A stretch of 59,923 bases of DNA, filler included, from Basidiobolus ranarum (Eukaryota): assembly GCA_040143965.1 (NCBI GenBank). It is 10 parts of 10 records of this genome, joined end to end, with 100 filler letters (N's around TTAATTAATTAA, not from the genome) between each part and the next. Parts side by side here need not be neighbours in the genome. Positions count along the whole stretch, not along the records: positions 24,043 to 29,943 come from JASJQH010008344.1; positions 30,044 to 35,943 come from JASJQH010008345.1; positions 36,044 to 41,941 come from JASJQH010008346.1; 7 more parts are not named here. One strand, 5' to 3'. The position numbers were made by a program, and so were the translations under genes. The notes under the pieces were generated by a model that was given only the letters and a program-made list of their open reading frames with translations, was not told the DNA's origin and did no database searches. Below are positions 27,130 to 38,359 of this stretch, in pieces; the stretch's first letter is position 1; each line of letters starts with the position of its first letter.

Positions 27130-27717
27130 ATGAAGTTCGTAGAACTACTAACGTACATCTGTCCCCTTTTTACCTGGGCTCACTCACTGAATTTGGAAGC
27201 TTTATATCCAAAGATCTCTGCTCCACCCATAAACCCCGACTTAAGCGGACGTGGTGATTTCACCGGCAATTTTACCGCCACTATTATTCCACCTTTGTTT
27301 TGTCCTGAAGTACCAGGCGTAGTAGAGTATCAAAGTGGTGTTCAAGCCGGATGTGGAATGATAAAGGCTAATGATCAAGGACTCTTCTCACTCTGCTGTG
27401 ACCTTCACGAACAATGTTATGGTCGCTGTGGAGTTACCAAGTTTGAATGTGAGAATGAATTCCGACAATGCATGTATGGTTTGTGCCCAGAATTTGCTCG
27501 TCGAAACGCTGATAAGAATTGGGGAGATATCAATAAATGCGATGCCTACTGGAGTCAGTTTGGTGGCACCGCTTGGGCCTTATGGAGAATTGGCCGGGCT
27601 CAAGATTTCTCCTGTGAGGCTTTCGAGACGGCTCAAAGAAACGCAGGCTGTTCTGAAACTCCAGAGTATCCATATTTTCCATATATGAGTGCTGTTAGAT
27701 ATCAGGGTAGCCAATAG
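27130..27717 (+). CDS. Secreted phospholipase A2-like protein, group XII-like cysteine pattern (195 aa, intronless)
   Basis: Signal peptide, GCG calcium-loop-like motif, CCDLHEQCYGRCG..KFECENEFRQCMYGLC and a C-terminal C.AFETAQRNAGC. This follows the CCxxHDxCYxxCGxxKxxCDxxFxxC and CxxYxxxQxxAC pattern of group XII sPLA2. Confidence 0.8.
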   Translation: MKFVELLTYICPLFTWAHSLNLEALYPKISAPPINPDLSGRGDFTGNFTATIIPPLFCPEVPGVVEYQSGVQAGCGMIKANDQGLFSLCCDLHEQCYGRCGVTKFECENEFRQCMYGLCPEFARRNADKNWGDINKCDAYWSQFGGTAWALWRIGRAQDFSCEAFETAQRNAGCSETPEYPYFPYMSAVRYQGSQ

Positions 27718-28527
27718 AATCCATATATCGTTCCTAATATGGCCAATTCTTATTTAATAAAATATAGTTGAACTTGGATACAAAACAACATAAAGCATCT
27801 ACGATCCGCACTTATTTTGGCTTATAATATGTGATTATCAAATTAGGAGTCAAAAGTTAAGGGGAGATAAATAGTCCATTAAGCCATACTTTATGCCACA
27901 GAAAGCATCAATTGTGTTTGGAAATATGGGCAAGCTAATGACAAATCGGGGGCCAGATTATCATCTTTGTTATTTATCGTAGTTGACGGTTCAGGGTGAG
28001 CCTCTTGTAAGCGCATCCACGGCTACTCAACATTAATGGTTTGAAGCAGATCATTGGTGACCCTTGGTCCGTTTTAGATCTTGACCCCTTATGCATATAG
28101 TAATACTAAGGAGAGTGTATGCAGCCAAAAAAACGATGGGCATCTCACAGATAAATACATGCGAAATAAATTACATAACCTCTGTTCATCTTGATAGTTG
28201 ATAGTATATTAGGTGACACCCCAATTAAACGGGTCTAATACATTGATAATTTGATATCCTAAAACACGCGAGGTTCTTTAATATCCTGAAATCTTAACAT
28301 CTGCATCTTTCAAGCATTTTGATTGGTTCGATATTACCTAGAGAAACATCGCTTCTTTTGAAACGAACCTTGTAAAACCAGAAGAATGACCCTTAATACT
28401 TAACTAGACTTGGCTTTCCTCCCCTAAATTCCCTCTCATCTTACTATTATTGTTGCCTGAGGTTAAAGCTTCTTGGCCTTTTCTTACCAAAACGTCAATC
28501 TAAATATTTATAGTGAGCACCAACAAA

Positions 28528-29832
28528 ATGGCTGGTAAGTTAGAGTCTGAACGATTAGTTTCCTTCATCAAGAGTTAGTTATAGCATTTTCAACTTGGCC
28601 ATATGCCCCTACTGTAAAGTAATAACCTCTCAACACATTTACTCCACATAGCCGATAACAATGAAGCTGCTGGTGGCTTGGGAAATAACTATCGCCGAAT
28701 GAGTGTGAGAGTAAGTACTGTTGTCTTGCCTCCAAGGCTCATTATGTTTTGAGATATTAACTCCTAGTCGATGTTTCCAAGTCCTTATATTATAAGCCTT
28801 AGTAAAAGTTACAAAATACTAAATCAAGGTGTTCTCTTGTTTAGAATCCTCTCAAAAAGCAATTAAATGACTATGTTGGGTTTGCTAACCTTCCCAACCA
28901 AGTGCATCGGAGGTCTGTTAAAAAAGGGTTTCAATTTACCTTCATGGTTGTAGGTTAGTAAAAAAACTGTGTAAACATTCATTTATTACTCTTAGAGGCT
29001 ATGTTATTGACGTTCGAAAATAGGCGAGTCTGGCTTAGGAAAATCTACTTTAGTCAATACACTATGGAATTCGACTTTATTGCCTCAAAAGAAGAGTGTT
29101 CCCCTCTCTTTGGATAGCCCAAGAACTGTCTCGATTCAATCATATACTGCTGGTTAGCTTCAAAATCCAAGCTTGATCTCAAGAATACTCTTAGATGTTT
29201 ACTAATCTCGTACAATCCATAATCAAAGATCTTATTGAAGATGGCGTCAAGCTTGGGCTAAATGTTATTGATACACCTGGATTTGGTGATTTTGTCAATA
29301 ATGAAGAAAGGTAGGAATTCTCGATTTTCATGTTTCATGTTTCTCGTTCACTTCAATTTATGCTGATACGTCCTTTCAAAGTTGGAAGCCAATCCTTGAA
29401 GACATTGAGTCTCGGTTCGATTTGTACCTAGAACGGGAGAGTAACGCAAATCGTAGCAAAATGGAAGATAACCGAGTCCATGCTTGTATCTACTTTATCT
29501 CACCTACAGGGCATGCGTATGTTATCCAAGATATCCATAATTTTCATTGTTACATGAGCTCATACTTTATCAGTCTAAAGCCGCTTGATATCGAGTTCAT
29601 GCGCCGTCTTCATACTCGTGTTAATCTTATCCCAGTGATTGCTAAATCTGATACCTTGACAGAAGTTGAGATCAAGGCGTTCAAGGAGAGAGTAAGTTTG
29701 TTGTTGTTCTTGTGCGGTTACGACCTGATCTCATATCCGTTGAATTCTAGATTTTAGAAGATATCCAGCATCACAAAATTCAGATCTTCAAGCCATCCCC
29801 TTACATTTATGACGACCCAGAAACCATCGCCG
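28528..29832 (+). CDS. CDC3: Septin, Cdc3/AspB-like; multi-exon, 3'-truncated
   Basis: [41 protein letters not shown] (G1), [14 protein letters not shown] (G3), [46 protein letters not shown] (G4). The subfamily call rests on the N-terminal GFANLPNQ motif. Confidence 0.9.
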
Positions 29833-29905
29833 GACTAGGCCATTACCAGTTTGACTTCGGAGATCGGACGGGATCCGGTATTTTCTGGTATGTATGGCCG
29901 ATGCT
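29833..29905 (-). rRNA. 5S rRNA, 5' 73 nt only (truncated at the junction with the septin exon)
   Basis: The minus strand reads AGCATCGGCCATACATACCAGAAAATACCGGATCCCGTCCGATCTCCGAAGTCAAACTGGTAATGGCCTAGTC. It contains the conserved eukaryotic 5S blocks CGGCCATA, CCCGTCCGATC and AGTYAA, with TACCAG/CTGGTA helix pairing. Confidence 0.9.
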
Positions 29906-30043
29906 CGAAAGTTAATCCACCGTATAGCACTTAAGGAGTATGGNNNNNNNNNNNNNNNNNNNNNNNNNNNNNNNNNNNNNNNNNNNNTTAATTAATTAAN
30001 NNNNNNNNNNNNNNNNNNNNNNNNNNNNNNNNNNNNNNNNNNN

Positions 30044-30361
30044 AGTGTTTTGGACAAGATTTGGATTTGTGAATTAGACACTTGAGTTTTATTGAATTGA
30101 ATATGTCCTATTGATAGTTTAGTATGACATAGGACTATTGCATATGCTTAGATCACAACAAACATGCCTGTCAAGCATGGGTGAAATTTGAGGTGATTTG
30201 AACAAGTTTTGTGAAAATAGTGAAAATTGGTAAAAGTGATCTAATTGATATATCTATCAATTAGAGCAATAAACACACATTTATCAATGACAAAATTGAG
30301 GGCTAAATAGTCAGAATATGAATTAACTAAGTAATGAGTTGCTACTTACCTAATTTCCACA
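30044..30361 (-). repeat. Copia family A LTR (truncated by the contig edge)
   Basis: Near-colinear with 42432-42758 and with the reverse complement of 48259-48590. Confidence 0.88.
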
Positions 30362-30539
30362 TATAAAATATACTGAACTGAAAGTAGAAAGTAGCCCTTT
30401 ATACTTCTATCATGATGTAAAAGACCAAATTTGTATAATATGTCAAGGAAGGTCCAACAAATATATGCATTGCAAATAATGGGCAACATTTTAGTGAAAT
30501 ATAACAAAACTAAATACTAAGAAATAAATAACTATGTAG

Positions 30540-33110
30540 ATGTTAGACAAAGGTTTTCACCTTTGGAAGTTCAAGTTGCAGATGGTACTAGTAGACAAAG
30601 ATCTTGAGACATATCTTACAGGAGAAGGGATAGAGCCAAAGAGAATACCAACAGCCATCCTTGCATTGCACAGGAAGCAGAGGAGAGTACTCTCTGCACT
30701 TTGTCCACATCTCAGACACTCAGGCACATACACTCAGCCAAAAAATTCCTATAATATTAGAAAATATAGGAGGGACTCTATGAGATGCAAATAGCTTAAT
30801 ATGCTATATCTGGACCATAATTATTCTCAATTCAGATGAACTCTGGTGATTCTATGGCTACTTGTATAAATTGGATCCAAGCCATGGCAGATTAGCTTGC
30901 AATTGTTAGAGCTTCTGTAAATAAAGAAGACATATTCACAACACTACTTTAGAGCCTGCCAGGCAAGTTTGGGAACCCTATATTGCACTGAATTCAAAAT
31001 CCAAATCACTAACAGTGCCATTTGTTGGAGCCAGGCTTTTGAATCATGAATTAAGAATAGCTAATATACAGCAAAATAAAGCAGATCAGCCACTTTTTGG
31101 AGCTGTAAAACATTCAACAGGCATTAATAATGGTGCCCCTCTCAGGAAATCAATGATCTGCAAGTCTTAATAGAAACCAGGCAATTGAGTTAAACATTGT
31201 AGACAAGGATTTTGGCAAATGTTGGAGAATGTAGCTCTCAAGACTTTGCTAGTTTTTGTACTAAACATGAAATTTAGCACACTGCTCTGAAGACTTTGCT
31301 GGTTTTTGTTCTAACCATGGAAATAAGTAACAAACTACGGTACCTTATTTCCTACAGCAAAATGGAGTTGCAGAATTTGCAAATAGGACTGCAGTGGAGT
31401 TAGGAAGTTCAATGTTATATGATTAACAGTTTGAATACTAAAGTTGGGCTGCATCTCAATTGACTGCAGTCTATAAAAACCAATACTTAACAAGATTGTA
31501 ACAAAATTCTACCCCATTTGAAGCACTATATTTGTCAAAACCAAGTGTGCGACATCTCCATATCTCTGGTTGCACAGCATATTATCTAATTCCAGCTCTG
31601 AAAACTCTAAAATGGAACCAAATGGCAGTAAATGCATATTATGTGGTTACCTTGATGGATATAAGTCCTACAGACTGCTTGATACCAAGTAGCAGAAGCT
31701 AATTGAGTGCAGCAGTATTATTTTTGATGAAAACATAATTTATCAGCTTATATCATAGTTTCTGGATAAGAAAACACAATCAGCACTATTCAGGAAGTGT
31801 CTGAGAAAAATCTGGCTGTTTTTGAACTTAAATCAACAGCAATTGCATCCCCAAAACATCACAGGTTGACTCATGAATTTCAAGATCAACTCATAGAAAA
31901 AAAGCCTGGGAACTGGTGGAACACTACCAATTATGATGTCTGTGATAATGCAGCATTCTGTGATGAGCCACTGACTTTGGATCAAGCTTTGGAGTGCCAA
32001 AAATCAAAATTGCTGGAAAGGCAATGTGTGATGATTTTCTTCATTTCACAACAGTAAAACAAAGGTTTTATATCCCCTGCCAGCAGGCAGAAGGCCAAAA
32101 TGTTGTCATTGGGTCTTCAAAATCAAAACCTAAGCTGAGGGAAGGAGAAAAAGAGAAAAGCAAGATTTCTTGCAACAGGTTATTTGCAGACTGCTGGAGC
32201 TAACTTTAATGCAGCTTTACTCCAGTAGATAGGTTTAGCTCCATCAGAGCAATGCTGGCACTTCTAATTTTCCATAACCTTGACTTACATTAATTAGATC
32301 TAAATACAACCTTTATGAATAGAAATATAGAAGAAGAGATCTATATGGAGCAAGCAGAAGGATTAGGAGACCCAAAACACCCTGATATTGTATCTAACCT
32401 GCAAATATAGTTATATGGACTCAATCAAGCACCTATGTCATGGTACAATAGGATAGTGGCCTACTTGGAATCATGAAGTCAAGCCACTGCTCTACAAGTG
32501 GGATTGGTCACTCCACACCCTGAATGCCAGGATCTAAGAATAAAACCACAGATAAACAAATGATTGTGCTAAGAACAACTGTAAATCCAGTGCTGGAAAG
32601 CTCAAGCTTTGTTGATGCACAAAATATTGGAGGTAACAATGATGCAGACTGGGAAGAAGCCTTACTGATAGAAGTTCAATAACAGGGTACACTTTTCTCC
32701 AAGGTAATGGGGCCTTAATTTGCATCCACAAGTAGTAACCAAATGTAGTACTTTCATGTACTAAAGCAGAGTATATGGCTTGCTCTGCTAATACACAAGA
32801 ACCCATGTGATTAAGGAAGTTGTTAACTTAGAATATGTGCACAAGCATGCTATTGCTGAACTTGAAAATACTGAGAGTGGTATTTTGTTGACTAAAACCC
32901 AGTAATTTATGCTACAACAAAACACATGGATGCTAGGCATCATTTTGCTAGAGTAGCAATGAAATACAGAAAAATTTATTGGCAATTGCTTTACCCAAGA
33001 AATGAAAGCTTGCATCTTACCCAAACCTTTTGAAAAAGCTTCATTTTAGTTATTCAGGTGTAGGTTGTGTTTAAGAGAGATATAAAAGCATTAGATGAGG
33101 GAAAATGTAG
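30540..33110 (+). mobile_element. Copia family A decayed body with internal deletions (gag, integrase, RT, RNase H, PPT)
   Basis: FHLWKFKLQMVL, QQNGVAE, STPFEAL, DEPLTLDQAL, IEEEIYMEQ, DADWE and CTKAEYMA, ending in the purine tract GAGGGAAAA-TG at about 33097. There is a 50-bp direct duplication at 31234-31277/31284-31327. Confidence 0.87.
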
Positions 33111-33199
33111 TAATCAGGTATTACAGCTCTTTATATTATTGAATATTAGCATACAAGCAGTATATTTTTAAAATTATGGTCAGTATCTATTCACCAATG

Positions 33200-35943
33200 G
33201 GGCCTGATTTTCACTCAAAAGTACAGGACCAAATCAATCATTGTGATGGCTCCTTTATTTAGTCTGAGGCAACTATGAGGTCCCCAAACTTGTCAAGTAG
33301 GCCTATAGAAGATGTTTCACTATGCAATCTTTATTTGTAGGTAAGCCAATGAATGAGTGCCAATCTGCCATCTACTTGGAAAATCTGTTTAATCATCAGC
33401 AGAATTAGTGACAGTTAGAATGATATTCTTTATGCAATTGCTATCACCCAGACTAGTGGTCACATATAGTGATTCAAGTGCTATAAGTATTTTGGAGAAT
33501 TTTGGCTGAGAGTAGGCGCATTTCACAATTCTCTAAAAACTTGCCCAAATTCCATCATATTTTACTAGTGTACTACAACTGTTCGAAGTGTTTTTGCCAG
33601 GATTTGCATATGTGAGTTTGATGCTAAGATTATATTGCATTCAATATGTCCTGTTCCTAGTTTACTACACAACAGCCCGTTTGAATGAGTTTAGCTTGCA
33701 AAAATTATGCCTGTAATGCAGACACAAATATGCTTTGATTTGGAGAAGTGCTGAGAAAACAGTGAAAATTGGTAAAAGTGATCTACTGATATATACATCA
33801 ATTACAGCAATAAACACATGGTTTTGAATGCCTGAATTTAGTGCTAATCAGTCATTTTATGGAATAAGTAACTAATAGGTACTCACTTGACTATGAACTT
33901 GCCAGATAACTAATATTTATATATTTTTCTTAAACCTAACATATATCTTGAAAATGTAACCTGTGCTTTAGCTAACAGGATGGTCAAGATGTCAGCAATA
34001 ATTTTTAGAAGAGCAATAGTCAAGATTGATTACATGATTTTCTATCTTTACTCTAACCAATTGTTGAAATACTGTACGTTTTGTCTTAGCATGAAATGTA
34101 GGGCTCTTAACTAATGAAATACAACTTGACCATCTTCAAATAGAGTAAAAGACATATATATGCTATTTACCAAATTTCAACATTCCTGCTCAACTAATTA
34201 TTTTGTATTTCTCATCAATCTAACTTATATCTTAATAACTCAAATTGTGCTTTGGCTAAAGGTTTGGTTAAGATATCAGATATCATTTCTTCAGTAGGGC
34301 AATAGACAAGTTCAATTATATCATTCTCTATTGCTTCTCTAACAAAATGATGTCTAATATCTATATGTTTTGTTCAAGCATGAGATGTAGGGTTTTTAGC
34401 TCATAAAATACAACTTAGATTATGTTCAAAAACACTAATAGCACATTTTTGCATGTATTGTAAGGCTGTAAATAAAATCCTTAACCACATAGCTTCTTGT
34501 GTAGTAGCAGAGGCAGCCATATACTCTGCTTTGGTAGTGGAAAGTGCTATGACTGGTTGATTCTTACTATTCCAAGCTATGGCTCCATTACCATAGAGAA
34601 AATTGTACCCAGTAGTTGATCTTCAATCATCAAGGTTTCCTGCCCAGTCTGCATCATAGAAGCCTTCAAAATCTTTTGCATCCAGAGTGGCAGAGTATTC
34701 CAGAACTAGATCTACAGTTCCTCTCAAATATCTGAATATTTGTTTTACTGCAGTTTTGTGCTCAGATCCTAGATTTTTGAGATATTGGCTGACAGTTCCC
34801 ACTGCCACAGCAGTGTCTGGACCTGTTCCAACCACTGTATACAATAAACTACCCATTGTGGATTGATAGGGAGCTCCTGGCTTTGATTTGAGTCATTTTG
34901 GCCAAATCATAAGAAATTTTGATTCATTTCACATTGGGATCCATTGGTGTTGATACAGGCTTGCTGTTCTCCATGTTGGAGTGTTTTAGGATATCTAGGA
35001 TGTATCTAGACTGACTCAGCATGATTTTGCAATTGGCATTATCCCTCTTGATTTGGATTCCAAGGAAATAACTTAATTCACCCATATCAGTCATCTGAAA
35101 TTGGCTTGATAAGCTGCTTGGTGTCTGACTTAGTGCTTCTAGATCATTTGTGGCTTTGATCAACTCATCCACATATAGTGCCAAGATAAGGATCCTATAT
35201 TTGGTTGTTTTCATGTAAATAATGTGATCCACGTTGCATTTTTGGATTTCTGGTGATTCAAAATAGGTATATATCTTGTTGTACCATGCCCTGGGTGCCT
35301 GCTTGAGTCCATATAGCAATTTTTGCAATTCACAGACCATAGGAGGATCTTCTGGGTCAACAAATCCTTCTGGTTACTCCATAGAGATCTCTTCTTCTAG
35401 ATTTTCATTGAAAAAGGCTGTTACTACATCCATTTGATGTAAACCAAGGTTATGGATCGCTGAGAGCGCCAGGATTGATTCAATGGAGCTAAACTTAGCT
35501 ACTGGAGCAAAAGTTGCATCAATATCAACTCCTGGAGTTTGAGAAGAGCTTTTGCTACTAATCTTGCTTTGTACCTTTCTATGATTCCATCAGCTTGATT
35601 TTTACTTTGTAGACCCATTTGCAACCTATTGGTTTTCTCCCTGATGGAAGAGGGCTTAAACCCCATGTATTATTGTCCTGAAGTAAAGAAAACTCCTCTG
35701 AATTTGTTTTTTCCATAATTTGGATTCTGGACACTCCAGAGCTTGTTCTAGAGTCTGTGGGTTGTCACACAATGCTGCATGAGAATATACATCATTTTTG
35801 GAAGTGTTCTGCCAGTTTTCTGGATCAAGCACTGTGATTTGAGGTGAAAAATTGCTTTTTCATCAAAAATCACATCTCTGCACCTGATTAACTTTTGATT
35901 TTTGGTATTAAACAGTCTCTAGGCCTTAGATCCATCACAGCAA
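33200..35943 (-). mobile_element. Stacked copia family A fragments: RT/RNase H (34190-35943), PPT and LTR start at about 34182, a second RNase H end, a diverged LTR (about 33550-33900) and a gag remnant
   Basis: ORFs 34924-35340 (LYGLKQAPRAWY..LYVDELI..DMGELSYFLGIQI) and 34623-34856 (FYDADWAGNLDD), plus LTR-A similarity. Confidence 0.88.
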
Positions 35944-36043
35944 NNNNNNNNNNNNNNNNNNNNNNNNNNNNNNNNNNNNNNNNNNNNTTAATTAATTAAN
36001 NNNNNNNNNNNNNNNNNNNNNNNNNNNNNNNNNNNNNNNNNNN

Positions 36044-37320
36044 AGTAGCATTGTCATTGCTTGAATAGATTACCCCATTGCTAAAACAATAAAACTGCAT
36101 ATCTCCATCTATCTTACCAAGTAGTCTGCCTTGCAGCTTTCCTGAAATATCATCAGATTAACACACAAACAATTTAGTCCAAATCTCAGAGGTACTATTC
36201 TGTGTCCATGGATTGGGCCTTGTTGCTGTTATTGTGCTCAAACAATGCAAACACCCATGAGCATATTGAAAAGATCCCTTTGTTGGCAGGTTAATATACT
36301 CTGGAGTCTCCTTAACCCATTGCATTACATCAATCATTGATTTTGCTGATACATTGCTAATCAGATGAGCAAAGAGTAATATTGACAATTTCACACTGAG
36401 CATTATTTCACCACAGATGCACTCCATTGGGAACTTGCTGAATGTATAGCAAGGGCCTATATTCTCTAAGCATTTGAAAGATGCAGCAGGGAATGTATTG
36501 AATACCAGCTTAGACTCAGGCTATCTTCTTTAAATCTCTAATAAAGTTTTCATATCCAATTGCAAAATCTTTGCAGAGTTGCTATATCTGTCCAATATCA
36601 CCCAATGTGAGTTGATGCCATAAGAATATATTAACAATATCAACAAACAACTCCCATTGTTGCCAATACTTAGCAGGCAGATATTTTTACAAAATTCCAC
36701 TTGAATATATACAAATCCAATACTTCCAGTCTTTGCATTTGAATAAATGCCTAGATGAGTGGATATTGATGAGAGTTCTGGTAAAATATGATGGTATCTT
36801 TATGGTTTGAAGCATTTTCCGAATTGATTCAAACTTTCATCCTATCTCAAATGGCTCATTCCTATTAAATTTTCTACTATATAGCTGAGTAAGTGGCATT
36901 GCAGAGTGCATGGCTGCCTGTGAAGCAACAAAATGGTAATATGACTATGAAAGCTCTTAACAGATTTAGGCTATTGTCAAAATTCACCAACTACAATATT
37001 TCAGGATGATCAAGGTTCATCCAAATTAGCTAGATATCCTTTATTTCATACTGGAAGCAAACATACAGATATCAGACATCATTTTATTAGAGGGACTTTA
37101 GAGAATAAGTTTATAGACTTAACTTAGTGATCTACAGAAGACATGATTGCTGATATATTGAATAAATCATTAGCTAGACAGAAATTTGGGAAATTTGAAC
37201 CTTCCTTTGGATAAGTTTATATAACTATTTAGTTGTGAGAGAGTATTGAAGTTAGCTTTGCCTAGGCACCTATATAGTCACAGATATCTTTGTACCTGAT
37301 TATCTTATATTTCACTAAGA
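36044..37320 (-). mobile_element. CACTA-like transposase relic (central and C-terminal part)
   Basis: FKCKDWKYWICIYSSGIL..YLPAKYWQ matches 45650-45740. GPCYTFSKFPMECICGEI corresponds to the GPxxxxWxFPMER motif of Tnp2-family transposases. Confidence 0.8.
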
Positions 37321-37330
37321 TATTATCCAG

Positions 37331-37980
37331 TGTTGTCAACTGGAATTTATTTAACATATTTTTACCTACTAAGAAGTTCTAAGATATATAGATTTTTCAA
37401 ACTTGTGCTAGATACCCCAAACTTTTCAGACATATTCCTGGGATCATTCTAAGCACATCTAACATGTTAGCTTGCTTAAATTTTGAAAAATGTATAAATG
37501 TCAACTTTTAATTCAATAAATCAATAAGTGAAAACCACCAATTTCTCTAATTCTCCAAGCCACTTTGAACAGGCTCCCAAATACTTTAACACTAACTACT
37601 ATAAGAGAAAGTCTCAAAGCTAGGCCTACATAGCTCAAGAATGTGAACCCCAGATTGTAAAAGAGGCCCTCAATTGTATCATATGAAATTTTGAAGATTT
37701 GCAATATCAGATGAGCACCAAGCTTTGATTGATAAGCAGAGTTGGAATTTAACCAACTTACTGGATGATAGAAAATCAATTGGCTGCCAATGGGTGCTTA
37801 AAGTCAAATATAGCTCCAAAGTCAATGTAGAAAAGTACAAGGCTGGAATAGATTATACAGAAACTCTTGCTTCTGTAGTAAAGGTTAATTAATAAGATTG
37901 ATTTTGGCAATTTCAGCTAAATATCAGTTTATTATATTTCAGATGATATCAAATAGCTATTTTGACTAGGGATCTTTTTA
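37331..37980 (+). mobile_element. Copia family B LTR (37331-37591) abutting a family B RT fragment
   Basis: TG..CA LTR homologous to 4450-4712. Downstream RKSIGCQWVLKVK..EKYKA matches 2670-2920 (reverse complement). Confidence 0.8.
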
Positions 37981-38359
37981 TGTGCATCATGTCAATTCAC
38001 CACTCAGCAACCTGTCCATGTATTCAAATCATATGATTTGAGATGCCAGTATAGGCCAGGTGAGGAACCTATGGAGAAATGCTTGAGATATATTCAACAT
38101 CCTGTTATACTTGGCAGGATGATATCAAGTTCCTGGGGCACACTTCACTTCTACAACTGCCCAGTTTTCCAAGAAAGAATGTTACAATTGTCAACATGGA
38201 TAGTATCATCCATATGTAGAAATTTTCCAGCAATGTTGCAATATTCCTTCTTCTCTACTTTAAGCAGACTACCAGAATCAATGTCACCAAAAGAGTTAAG
38301 TAATTGTAGCTCATGTTAGGATATCTGAGCCAGCATTGACAAATTGTGTTAATATGCTA

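Noticed and set aside
37985..38330. ORF 38038-38319 and a DDIKFLGH string suggestive of gypsy RT
   Set aside because: An isolated short match with no flanking RT motifs. The region is CpG-poor and probably repeat-derived, but cannot be assigned.
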